Of a stretch of 64,000 nt of DNA, positions 55,113 to 64,000 are shown one piece after another (the stretch's first letter is position 1; each line of letters begins with the position of its first letter). The notes below the pieces were generated by a model that made no database searches, was not told where the DNA came from, and was given only the letters and a program-made list of their open reading frames with translations. The stretch comes from Escherichia coli (lineage in GTDB: Bacteria > Pseudomonadota > Gammaproteobacteria > Enterobacterales > Enterobacteriaceae). The stretch lies in assembly GCF_022846255.1 (NCBI RefSeq), contig NZ_AP025682.1; one strand, given 5' to 3'. Both the position numbers and the translations under genes were made by a program.

Positions 55113-56144
55113 ATGCAAGTGAAAACACAGTCCTGCGTTGTTGCGGGCAAGAAAACTGTTGCCGTTACCGAGCAGACGATAGATTGGAATAATAATGGAA
55201 CATTAGTACAAATAACCCGAGGTGGAATTTGCGGTTCCGATTTACATTATTATCAGGAAGGAAAAGTAGGTAATTTCATGATAAAGGCACCGATGGTGTT
55301 AGGTCATGAAGTTATCGGTAAAGTTATTCATAGCGACTCATCAGAATTACATGAAGGGCAAACGGTAGCCATTAATCCGTCTAAACCGTGCGGTCACTGC
55401 AAATACTGCATTGAACATAACGAGAATCAGTGTACAGAGATGCGTTTTTTTGGCAGTGCCATGTATTTCCCTCATGTTGATGGTGGCTTTACCCGTTATA
55501 AAATGGTCGAAACGTCGCAATGTGTCCCTTATCCGGCCAAAGCTGACGAAAAGGTTATAGCTTTTGCCGAACCTTTAGCCGTCGCGATTCATGCCGCACA
55601 TCAGGCCGGCGAGTTACAGGGCAAGCGAGTATTTATTTCTGGTGTTGGGCCCATTGGCTGCCTGATTGTCAGTGCAGTGAAAACACTGGGGGCCGCGGAA
55701 ATTGTCTGTGCCGATGTGAGTCCCCGTTCCCTTTCGCTGGGCAAAGAGATGGGGGCGGATGTGCTCGTAAACCCACAAAACGACGACATGGATCACTGGA
55801 AAGCGGAAAAAGGCTATTTCGATGTCAGCTTTGAAGTGTCCGGTCATCCTTCATCAGTGAATACCTGTCTGGAGGTCACTCGTGCACGCGGCGTAATGGT
55901 GCAGGTAGGTATGGGAGGCGCGATGGCAGAATTCCCAATGATGACATTGATTGGTAAGGAGATTTCACTCAAAGGCTCTTTCCGTTTTACCAGCGAATTT
56001 AATACCGCAGTGTCATGGCTGGCGAATGGCGTTATTAATCCACTGCCTTTACTGAGTGCTGAATATCCCTTCACTGACCTGGAAGAGGCGCTACGTTTCG
56101 CCGGTGATAAAACCCAGGCAGCAAAAGTCCAGCTTGTTTTCTAA
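55113..56144 (+). CDS. idnD: L-idonate 5-dehydrogenase
   Basis: 343 aa zinc-ADH family (GICGSDLHY, GHEVIGKV); first gene of idnDOTR. Confidence 0.9.
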   Translation: MQVKTQSCVVAGKKTVAVTEQTIDWNNNGTLVQITRGGICGSDLHYYQEGKVGNFMIKAPMVLGHEVIGKVIHSDSSELHEGQTVAINPSKPCGHCKYCIEHNENQCTEMRFFGSAMYFPHVDGGFTRYKMVETSQCVPYPAKADEKVIAFAEPLAVAIHAAHQAGELQGKRVFISGVGPIGCLIVSAVKTLGAAEIVCADVSPRSLSLGKEMGADVLVNPQNDDMDHWKAEKGYFDVSFEVSGHPSSVNTCLEVTRARGVMVQVGMGGAMAEFPMMTLIGKEISLKGSFRFTSEFNTAVSWLANGVINPLPLLSAEYPFTDLEEALRFAGDKTQAAKVQLVF

Positions 56145-56167
56145 GAGATAAATAAAGGAATAATACA

Positions 56168-56932
56168 ATGAACGATCTATTTTCACTGGCAGGAAAAAAT
56201 ATCTTGATTACCGGTTCAGCACAGGGCATTGGCTTTTTACTGGCAACCGGCCTGGGTAAATATGGCGCACAAATAATTATTAATGATATTACTGCCGAAC
56301 GCGCAGAACTTGCTGTAGAAAAACTCCACCAGGAGGGTATTCAGGCCGTTGCCGCACCTTTTAATGTTACTCATAAACATGAAATTGATGCCGCCGTTGA
56401 ACATATCGAAAAGGACATCGGCCCCATTGATGTGCTGGTGAATAACGCCGGTATCCAGCGCCGTCATCCTTTTACTGAGTTCCCTGAACAAGAGTGGAAT
56501 GATGTGATCGCAGTAAACCAGACCGCCGTGTTCCTGGTGTCGCAAGCGGTAACTCGTCACATGGTTGAACGCAAGGCAGGTAAAGTTATTAATATTTGCT
56601 CGATGCAAAGCGAACTGGGACGTGACACCATCACCCCTTATGCCGCATCGAAAGGGGCGGTAAAAATGCTCACCCGCGGCATGTGCGTCGAGCTGGCGCG
56701 CCACAATATTCAGGTCAACGGTATTGCGCCGGGCTATTTCAAAACAGAAATGACTAAAGCACTGGTTGAGGACGAAGCCTTCACCGCCTGGTTGTGCAAA
56801 CGGACCCCCGCCGCACGCTGGGGAGATCCGCAGGAACTGATTGGTGCTGCGGTGTTCCTTTCTTCAAAAGCCTCTGATTTCGTAAACGGCCACCTGTTGT
56901 TTGTTGATGGCGGCATGTTAGTGGCTGTTTAA
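56168..56932 (+). CDS. idnO: 5-keto-D-gluconate 5-reductase (short-chain dehydrogenase)
   Basis: 254 aa SDR with TGSAQGIG Rossmann motif and YAASKGAV active-site region. Confidence 0.9.
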   Translation: MNDLFSLAGKNILITGSAQGIGFLLATGLGKYGAQIIINDITAERAELAVEKLHQEGIQAVAAPFNVTHKHEIDAAVEHIEKDIGPIDVLVNNAGIQRRHPFTEFPEQEWNDVIAVNQTAVFLVSQAVTRHMVERKAGKVINICSMQSELGRDTITPYAASKGAVKMLTRGMCVELARHNIQVNGIAPGYFKTEMTKALVEDEAFTAWLCKRTPAARWGDPQELIGAAVFLSSKASDFVNGHLLFVDGGMLVAV

Positions 56933-56996
56933 CAGCTACTACCCTACGTGCAGCGCGAAAGCGCTGCTTTTCTGGCACTAATAAGAGATAAAGACT

Positions 56997-58316
56997 ATGC
57001 CATTAATCATTATTGCGGCAGGCGTCGCGCTGCTTCTTATCCTGATGATCGGCTTTAAAGTTAACGGCTTTATTGCCCTCGTTCTGGTCGCTGCCGTCGT
57101 CGGATTTGCCGAAGGGATGGATGCACAGGCCGTCCTGCACTCTATACAAAATGGTATCGGCAGCACACTCGGCGGGCTGGCAATGATCCTCGGTTTCGGG
57201 GCCATGTTAGGCAAGCTGATTTCTGATACGGGCGCGGCACAACGTATCGCCACTACGCTGATTGCTACTTTTGGTAAAAAACGCGTGCAATGGGCGCTAG
57301 TGATCACCGGTCTGGTTGTGGGCCTCGCCATGTTTTTTGAAGTGGGTTTTGTCCTGCTGTTGCCGTTGGTATTTACCATCGTGGCATCATCTGGATTACC
57401 CCTGTTGTATGTTGGCGTACCGATGGTAGCAGCGCTCTCTGTAACCCACTGTTTTCTGCCGCCACATCCAGGGCCTACTGCCATCGCGACTATCTTTGAG
57501 GCTAATCTCGGAACGACTTTACTGTATGGATTTATCATTACCATTCCGACAGTTATTGTCGCAGGACCGCTGTTTTCTAAACTGCTAACTCGCTTTGAGA
57601 AAGCACCACCGGAAGGCTTATTTAATCCTCATCTGTTTAGCGAAGAGGAGATGCCCTCCTTCTGGAACAGTATTTTTGCTGCAGTGATCCCGGTCATCCT
57701 GATGGCTATCGCCGCCGTTTGTGAAATTACGTTACCGAAAACTAACACCGTGCGCCTCTTCTTTGAATTTGTCGGTAACCCTGCCGTTGCGCTGTTTATT
57801 GCCATTGTTATTGCGATTTTCACACTGGGCCGACGTAATGGACGCACCATCGAGCAAATCATGGATATCATTGGGGATTCTATAGGCGCTATCGCGATGA
57901 TTGTGTTTATTATCGCTGGCGGCGGCGCGTTTAAGCAGGTATTAGTAGATAGCGGTGTCGGGCAGTATATTTCACACTTAATGACCGGAACTACGCTTTC
58001 GCCGTTATTGATGTGCTGGACTGTCGCGGCGCTGTTGCGTATCGCTCTGGGCTCTGCCACCGTCGCGGCCATTACCACCGCGGGTGTGGTGTTGCCGATT
58101 ATCAACGTTACCCATGCCGATCCCGCTTTAATGGTACTGGCAACTGGTGCGGGCAGCGTGATCGCGTCACACGTAAACGACCCTGGCTTCTGGCTATTTA
58201 AAGGGTATTTTAATCTGACGGTTGGTGAAACGTTGCGTACCTGGACGGTGATGGAAACCCTTATTTCTATTATGGGTTTGCTGGGCGTGTTAGCCATTAA
58301 CGCCGTATTGCACTGA
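56997..58316 (+). CDS. idnT: L-idonate/5-ketogluconate/gluconate transporter (GntP family)
   Basis: 439 aa polytopic membrane protein; position in idn operon. Confidence 0.9.
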   Translation: MPLIIIAAGVALLLILMIGFKVNGFIALVLVAAVVGFAEGMDAQAVLHSIQNGIGSTLGGLAMILGFGAMLGKLISDTGAAQRIATTLIATFGKKRVQWALVITGLVVGLAMFFEVGFVLLLPLVFTIVASSGLPLLYVGVPMVAALSVTHCFLPPHPGPTAIATIFEANLGTTLLYGFIITIPTVIVAGPLFSKLLTRFEKAPPEGLFNPHLFSEEEMPSFWNSIFAAVIPVILMAIAAVCEITLPKTNTVRLFFEFVGNPAVALFIAIVIAIFTLGRRNGRTIEQIMDIIGDSIGAIAMIVFIIAGGGAFKQVLVDSGVGQYISHLMTGTTLSPLLMCWTVAALLRIALGSATVAAITTAGVVLPIINVTHADPALMVLATGAGSVIASHVNDPGFWLFKGYFNLTVGETLRTWTVMETLISIMGLLGVLAINAVLH

Positions 58317-58382
58317 AAGAATAAAATATTGTGATGTAGTTTCGGGGGAAGATTGAAGATTCCCCCGACGTTGGGAGAAGTT

Positions 58383-59381
58383 ATGCGCAATCACAGAATT
58401 TCTTTACAGGATATCGCTACGCTGGCTGGCGTAACAAAAATGACCGTGAGTCGTTATATCCGCTCGCCGAAAAAGGTGGCAAAGGAAACAGGCGAGCGCA
58501 TCGCCAAAATTATGGAAGAGATCAATTATATCCCTAATCGCGCTCCCGGCATGTTGTTGAATGCACAAAGTTATACCCTCGGTATCTTGATTCCGTCATT
58601 TCAAAATCAACTCTTCGCTGACATTCTCGCGGGAATAGAATCCGTCACCTCTGTGCATAATTATCAGACCATTATTGCTAATTACAATTACGATCGCGAT
58701 TCCGAAGAAGAGTCGGTGATTAACCTGCTCTCTTATAACATTGACGGGATTATTCTTTCGGAAAAATATCACACCATCAGGACGGTGAAATTTCTGCGTT
58801 CAGCCACCATTCCGGTCGTGGAATTGATGGATGTACAGGGAGAACGGCTGGATATGGAGGTCGGTTTTGATAATCGGCAGGCTGCTTTTGACATGGTGTG
58901 TACCATGCTGGATAAGCGAGTCAGGCGCAAAATTCTGTATCTCGGTTCCAAAGATGACACCCGCGATGAACAGCGTTATCAGGGGTATTGCGATGCGATG
59001 ATGCTGCATAATCTTTCCCCATTACGCATGAATCCACGCGCCATCTCATCCATTCATTTAGGAATGCAGTTAATGCGTGATGCCCTTAGCGCAAACCCGG
59101 ATTTAGACGGTGTATTTTGCACCAATGACGATATTGCGATGGGTGCGCTTCTGCTGTGCCGCGAGCGAAACCTCGCCGTGCCAGAACAAATTTCCATTGC
59201 GGGTTTTCATGGGCTGGAGATTGGCAGGCAAATGATCCCAAGCCTCGCCAGCGTAATTACTCCCCGTTTTGATATTGGTCGGATGGCCGCCCAAATGTTG
59301 CTGAGCAAAATTAAGAATAACGATCACAACCACAACACTGTTGACCTCGGGTATCAGATTTATCACGGTAACACGCTTTAG
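58383..59381 (+). CDS. idnR: LacI-family transcriptional regulator IdnR
   Basis: N-terminal HTH ([21 protein letters not shown]) and periplasmic-binding-like domain; likely start at ATG 58383 giving 332 aa (ORF track begins at 58353). Confidence 0.85.
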   Translation: MRNHRISLQDIATLAGVTKMTVSRYIRSPKKVAKETGERIAKIMEEINYIPNRAPGMLLNAQSYTLGILIPSFQNQLFADILAGIESVTSVHNYQTIIANYNYDRDSEEESVINLLSYNIDGIILSEKYHTIRTVKFLRSATIPVVELMDVQGERLDMEVGFDNRQAAFDMVCTMLDKRVRRKILYLGSKDDTRDEQRYQGYCDAMMLHNLSPLRMNPRAISSIHLGMQLMRDALSANPDLDGVFCTNDDIAMGALLLCRERNLAVPEQISIAGFHGLEIGRQMIPSLASVITPRFDIGRMAAQMLLSKIKNNDHNHNTVDLGYQIYHGNTL

Positions 59382-59458
59382 GTTATTTTCTCTGCATTAC
59401 ACATATTCTCTTTGCCGGACGTTGCCTATACTCCAGGCAGGAAACTGGAGGAAATCTC

Positions 59459-60961
59459 ATGAGCGAACCCCTGTTAATTGCCCGCACGCCGGACACAGAA
59501 CTGTTTTTACTGCCGGGAATGGCTAACCGCCATGGGCTGATTACCGGCGCAACGGGGACGGGTAAAACCGTTACGCTGCAAAAACTGGCGGAGTCATTGT
59601 CGGAAATCGGCGTGCCTGTGTTTATGGCTGATGTGAAAGGTGATTTAACGGGAGTTGCGGAGGAAGGTACATCTTCGGAAAAACTGCTCGCAAGGCTTAA
59701 AAATATCGGCGTAAATGACTGGCAACCTCATACTAATCCGGTGGTGGTGTGGGATATCTTTGGCGAGAAAGGCCATCCGGTGCGGGCGACGGTTTCGGAT
59801 CTGGGGCCGCTGTTGCTGGCACGACTGTTGAATCTCAACGATGTGCAATCTGGCGTGCTGAATATCATTTTCCGCATTGCTGACGATCAGGGATTGTTGC
59901 TGCTCGACTTTAAAGATCTGCGGGCAATTACCCAGTACATCGGCGATAACGCCAAATCCTTCCAGAATCAGTACGGTAATATCAGTAGTGCATCGGTTGG
60001 TGCCATCCAGCGCGGGCTGTTGTCGCTGGAACAGCAAGGCGCAGCACACTTCTTTGGTGAGCCGATGCTGGATATCAAAGACTGGATGCGCACCGATGCC
60101 AACGGTAAAGGCGTTATCAATATCCTCAGCGCCGAGAAGCTCTACCAGATGCCGAAACTGTACGCCGCCAGCCTGCTGTGGATGCTTTCAGAGTTGTATG
60201 AACAATTGCCGGAAGCGGGCGATCTGGAGAAACCAAAACTGGTGTTTTTCTTCGACGAAGCGCATCTGCTGTTTAACGATGCACCGCAGGTACTGCTGGA
60301 TAAGATTGAGCAGGTGATAAGGCTTATTCGCTCAAAAGGCGTGGGCGTCTGGTTCGTTTCGCAAAACCCGTCAGATATCCCGGATAACGTGCTCGGGCAG
60401 CTCGGTAATCGCGTTCAACACGCTTTGCGTGCTTTTACGCCTAAAGATCAGAAAGCAGTGAAGGCAGCGGCGCAAACCATGCGGGCCAATCCAACATTTG
60501 ATACCGAAAAGGCAATCCAGGAACTGGGGACGGGCGAAGCGTTAATCTCGTTTCTCGATGCGAAAGGAAGCCCTTCAGTGGTGGAACGGGCGATGGTGAT
60601 TGCCCCCTGTTCACGAATGGGGCCGGTGACGGAAGATGAGCGCAATGGCTTGATTAACCACTCCCCGGTGTATGGCAAGTACGAGGATGACGTGGACCGG
60701 GAATCCGCCTATGAGATGTTGCAAAAAGGCTTTCAGGCCAGTATCGAGCAGCAAAATAATCCTCCCGCGAAAGGGAAAGAGGTGGCGGTGGATGACGGTA
60801 TTCTCGGTGGATTGAAGGATATTTTGTTTGGCACTACCGGACCACGCGGCGGGAAGAAAGATGGTGTGGTGCAAACAATGGCAAAAAGCGCCGCCCGCCA
60901 GGTGACGAATCAGATTGTGCGCGGGATGTTGGGGAGTTTGCTGGGGGGGAGAAGAAGGTAA
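59459..60961 (+). CDS. yjgR: DUF853-family P-loop NTPase YjgR
   Basis: 500 aa with Walker A (GATGTGKT) and Walker B (VFFFDEAH). Confidence 0.85.
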   Translation: MSEPLLIARTPDTELFLLPGMANRHGLITGATGTGKTVTLQKLAESLSEIGVPVFMADVKGDLTGVAEEGTSSEKLLARLKNIGVNDWQPHTNPVVVWDIFGEKGHPVRATVSDLGPLLLARLLNLNDVQSGVLNIIFRIADDQGLLLLDFKDLRAITQYIGDNAKSFQNQYGNISSASVGAIQRGLLSLEQQGAAHFFGEPMLDIKDWMRTDANGKGVINILSAEKLYQMPKLYAASLLWMLSELYEQLPEAGDLEKPKLVFFFDEAHLLFNDAPQVLLDKIEQVIRLIRSKGVGVWFVSQNPSDIPDNVLGQLGNRVQHALRAFTPKDQKAVKAAAQTMRANPTFDTEKAIQELGTGEALISFLDAKGSPSVVERAMVIAPCSRMGPVTEDERNGLINHSPVYGKYEDDVDRESAYEMLQKGFQASIEQQNNPPAKGKEVAVDDGILGGLKDILFGTTGPRGGKKDGVVQTMAKSAARQVTNQIVRGMLGSLLGGRRR

Positions 60962-60981
60962 GCCAGGTGCGATTTGTCTTT

Positions 60982-61016
60982 GCCTGATGCGACGCTGGCG
61001 CGCCGCATCAGGCCTA
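60982..61016. repeat. REP (repetitive extragenic palindromic) element
   Basis: Imperfect palindrome gcctgatgcgacgctggcgcgccgcatcaggc followed by ctac, typical enterobacterial REP architecture, in the yjgR-lptG intergenic region. Confidence 0.6.
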
Positions 61017-61085
61017 CACTACTGCAATATATTGAATTTTCATGATCTTTCAGGCATGAACGAAACACACTTTGCTAACAATAAT

Positions 61086-61107
61086 AAAGGGAGCTTTCGC
61101 TCCCTTT
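61086..61107. terminator. Bidirectional intrinsic terminator between convergent yjgR and lptG
   Basis: aaagggagc-tttc-gctcccttt hairpin with A-run 5-prime and T-run 3-prime. Confidence 0.7.
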
Positions 61108-61121
61108 ATTCGTTCATTCGG

Positions 61122-62207
61122 TTACGATTTTCTCATTAACAGCCACAGGCTGATTAAGAAGAAGCTGGCACTTGGCAACAGTGCGCCGATGATCGGTGGG
61201 ATGCCGTAAACCAACGTCAGCGGGCCGAAGATCTGGTCCAGTACGTAGAAGACAAAACCGAAGCTAATACCAGTGACCACACGCACGCCCATCGGTACGC
61301 TACGCAGTGGGCCAAAGATGAACGACAGCGCCATCAGCATCATCACCGCCACGGATAGCGGCTGGAAGATTTTGCTCCACATGTTGAGCTGATAACGTCC
61401 GGCATCCTGACCGCTCGACTTCAGATACTTCACATAGTTGTGCAAACCGCTGATAGAGAGTGCATCCGGGTCCAGCGCCACCACGCCCAGTTTGTCTGGC
61501 GTGAGGTTGGTTTTCCAGGTGCCGCTCACCGTCTGCGAACCGGTGATCTGTTTCGGATTGGTCAAATCAGATTCATCAACCTGCGACAGACGCCAGACTT
61601 TATGTTCCGGGTCAAACTTCGCGGTAGCGGCATAGCGTACGGATTGCAGACGACGATTCTCGTTAAAGGCATAAATACTGATGCCACCTAACTCTTCGTC
61701 ACCTTTAACCCGCTCAATGTAGACGAAGTTGTTGCCATCTTTCGCCCATAAACCTTGCTGGGTAGAGAGCAACGAGCCGCCGTACATCGCCTGCGCACGG
61801 TAGTTACGCGCCATCTGCTCGCCCTGCGGCGCGACCCATTCACCAATCGCCATCGTCAGCAAGACCAGCGGAATGGCGGTTTTCATCACCGACAGCGCCA
61901 CCTGCATACGGGTAAAACCAGAAGCCTGCATCACCACCAGTTCGCTGCGCTGCGCCAGCATCCCAAGACCAAGCAACGCCCCAAGCAGAGCCGCCATCGG
62001 GAAGAAGATTTGCACATCTTTCGGCACGCTCAGCAAGGTATACATTCCTGCGCCTAACGCGTCGTAACTCCCCTGCCCGGCTTTTTTCAGCTGATCGACA
62101 AACTTGATAATGCCGGACAGCGACACCAGCATGAACAGCGTCATCATGATGGTGGTGAAAATAGTTTTACCGATATAGCGGTCAAGTACGCCAAAAGGTT
62201 GCATCAC
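61122..62207 (-). CDS. lptG: LPS export ABC transporter permease LptG
   Basis: 361 aa polytopic membrane protein; overlaps lptF stop by 4 nt. Confidence 0.9.
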   Translation of the reverse strand: MMQPFGVLDRYIGKTIFTTIMMTLFMLVSLSGIIKFVDQLKKAGQGSYDALGAGMYTLLSVPKDVQIFFPMAALLGALLGLGMLAQRSELVVMQASGFTRMQVALSVMKTAIPLVLLTMAIGEWVAPQGEQMARNYRAQAMYGGSLLSTQQGLWAKDGNNFVYIERVKGDEELGGISIYAFNENRRLQSVRYAATAKFDPEHKVWRLSQVDESDLTNPKQITGSQTVSGTWKTNLTPDKLGVVALDPDALSISGLHNYVKYLKSSGQDAGRYQLNMWSKIFQPLSVAVMMLMALSFIFGPLRSVPMGVRVVTGISFGFVFYVLDQIFGPLTLVYGIPPIIGALLPSASFFLISLWLLMRKS

Positions 62208-63304
62208 ACCGCTCCTTTACGCGAAAAACTGGCGCGCAGGCGGCGGACCGGCACGGTGTCCCAAAGGTTGAGAACAATCGCCAAAGCCAGATAAATCAGG
62301 TTAACGGTCCACATCCACAGCGTCGGGTCCAGCTTACCTTTACCGCCGTTCGATTTCAGGGAGGTCTGGATCAGGAAGAACAACAGATACAGCAGCATGG
62401 CTGGCAGCATCGACAGTACGCGCCCCTGACGCGGGTTAACCACGCTCAGCGGTACGACCATAAGTGCCATCATAAACACGGTGAACACCAACGTGATACG
62501 CCAGTTCAGTTCTGCGCGAGCACGATCGGTGTCAGTGTTCCACAATGTGCGCATGTCCATCTGGTCGGTATCGTTCGGGTCGAGCGCCACCGCCTGGTGA
62601 CCAATGATCGCCTGATAATCCTGGAAATCCGTAATGCGGAAATCACGTAACAGTGCAGTGCCTTCGAAGCGCGTTCCCTGGTTGAGAGTGACGACCTGGG
62701 AGCCGTCGCGCAGCTGGGTTAAATGTCCGGAATCGGCCACCACCACAGAAGGTCGTGCATTACCTTTTGGTCGAATTTGCGCGAGGAACACATCTTTGAA
62801 ATCGCTGCCGTCAACGCTTTCGATGAACAGCACCGAGCTGCCATTAGTCGCTTGCTGGAATTGCCCTTGCGCCAGCGCCGCCATGCCAGGGTTCGCTTTC
62901 GCTTCTGCTAACACTTCATCCTGATGACGCGATGACCATGGTCCCGCCCACATCACGTTAACCGCCGCGACGATTGCCGTGAACACCGCAAGGATCATTG
63001 CCGCTTTCACCAGCACCGCTTTGCTCAGACCGCAGGCATGCATTACCGTAATTTCACTTTCGGTATACAGTTTGCCCAGCGTCATCAGCAGCCCGAGGAA
63101 CAGGCTTAATGGCAGGATAAGCTGCGCCATTTCCGGCACGCCCAACCCGAGAAGGGAGAGCACCAGGTTCGCCGGAATATCGCCGTCAACCGCTGCGCCG
63201 AGGATCCTCACTAACTTTTGACAGAAGAAGATCAAAAGCAAGATGAAGAGTATCGCCAGCTGGCTTTTGAGCGTCTCCCGCACCAGATATCTTATGATTA
63301 TCAC
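62204..63304 (-). CDS. lptF: LPS export ABC transporter permease LptF
   Basis: 366 aa polytopic membrane protein divergent from pepA. Confidence 0.9.
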   Translation of the reverse strand: MIIIRYLVRETLKSQLAILFILLLIFFCQKLVRILGAAVDGDIPANLVLSLLGLGVPEMAQLILPLSLFLGLLMTLGKLYTESEITVMHACGLSKAVLVKAAMILAVFTAIVAAVNVMWAGPWSSRHQDEVLAEAKANPGMAALAQGQFQQATNGSSVLFIESVDGSDFKDVFLAQIRPKGNARPSVVVADSGHLTQLRDGSQVVTLNQGTRFEGTALLRDFRITDFQDYQAIIGHQAVALDPNDTDQMDMRTLWNTDTDRARAELNWRITLVFTVFMMALMVVPLSVVNPRQGRVLSMLPAMLLYLLFFLIQTSLKSNGGKGKLDPTLWMWTVNLIYLALAIVLNLWDTVPVRRLRASFSRKGAV

Positions 63305-63567
63305 TTTAAATACGCCCGTAAAAACTCGTCTTTTGCAGGATTTTAGCTTGTTTCATGGCTTAAACGTCATTTATTCTCTTGAGTCGTCGAAATCGTCGCT
63401 AAGATAATTATACTCAACGGATTCACCTCTCAGATTTTGTTCTGACGTGCCAATGCCGTAATAACGTTAAGATTAACACGAAGTCATCGCAACAGCGGAC
63501 ATGAGTTACGAAAGCTTGCAATTCTATCTGTAGCCACCGCCGTTGTCTTTAAGATTCAGGAGCGTAG

Positions 63568-64000
<433 letters not shown>

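Noticed and set aside
56978-58390. 188-aa and 253-aa minus-strand ORFs overlapping idnT
   Set aside because: Antisense to the GntP-family transporter gene; Pro/Ala-rich low-complexity translations typical of shadow frames.

Overview
Enterobacterial (E. coli-like) chromosomal segment. The right end (53.0-64.0 kb) is conserved core: tRNA-Leu (leuX), ahr, idnK, idnDOTR, yjgR, lptG, lptF and the 5-prime end of pepA, in the orientation opposite to the K-12 convention. Everything to the left (1-53 kb) is accessory DNA at the leuX integration hotspot, dominated by phage-defence and mobility genes. (i) A complete-looking ~18 kb integrative mobilizable island (34.9-53.0 kb) has a P4-type integrase next to leuX, alpA, three tandem tyrosine recombinases, MobC/relaxase, and an AT-rich four-gene operon: N6-adenine methyltransferase, a protein with two Bergerat-fold ATPase modules (one a histidine-kinase core), a receiver-domain protein and an unassigned protein. 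It is bounded distally by a 23-bp copy of the leuX 3-prime end. (ii) An older island remnant (21.5-34.9 kb) has a truncated intB-like integrase, an IS fragment, a WYL-type regulator, a Wadjet-like jetABCD operon, a NucS-like PD-(D/E)xK nuclease and two divergent HNH nucleases, and ends inside a truncated nanM. (iii) A Zorya type II-like zorABE operon (17.3-20.8 kb). (iv) A minus-strand block (1-17.1 kb) of a 1119-aa unassigned protein, a 2107-aa DEAH helicase with zinc-ribbon clusters (DruH/DruE-like), an SNF2 helicase and a large PglX-type adenine methyltransferase running off the window start. The methyltransferase/two-component operon at 35.7-41.5 kb is the best candidate for an undescribed system; the DruHE-SNF2-methyltransferase block is the second. 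All family assignments rest on motifs read from the translations; no database search, HMM or GC calculation was run, and coordinates of small motifs were counted by hand.
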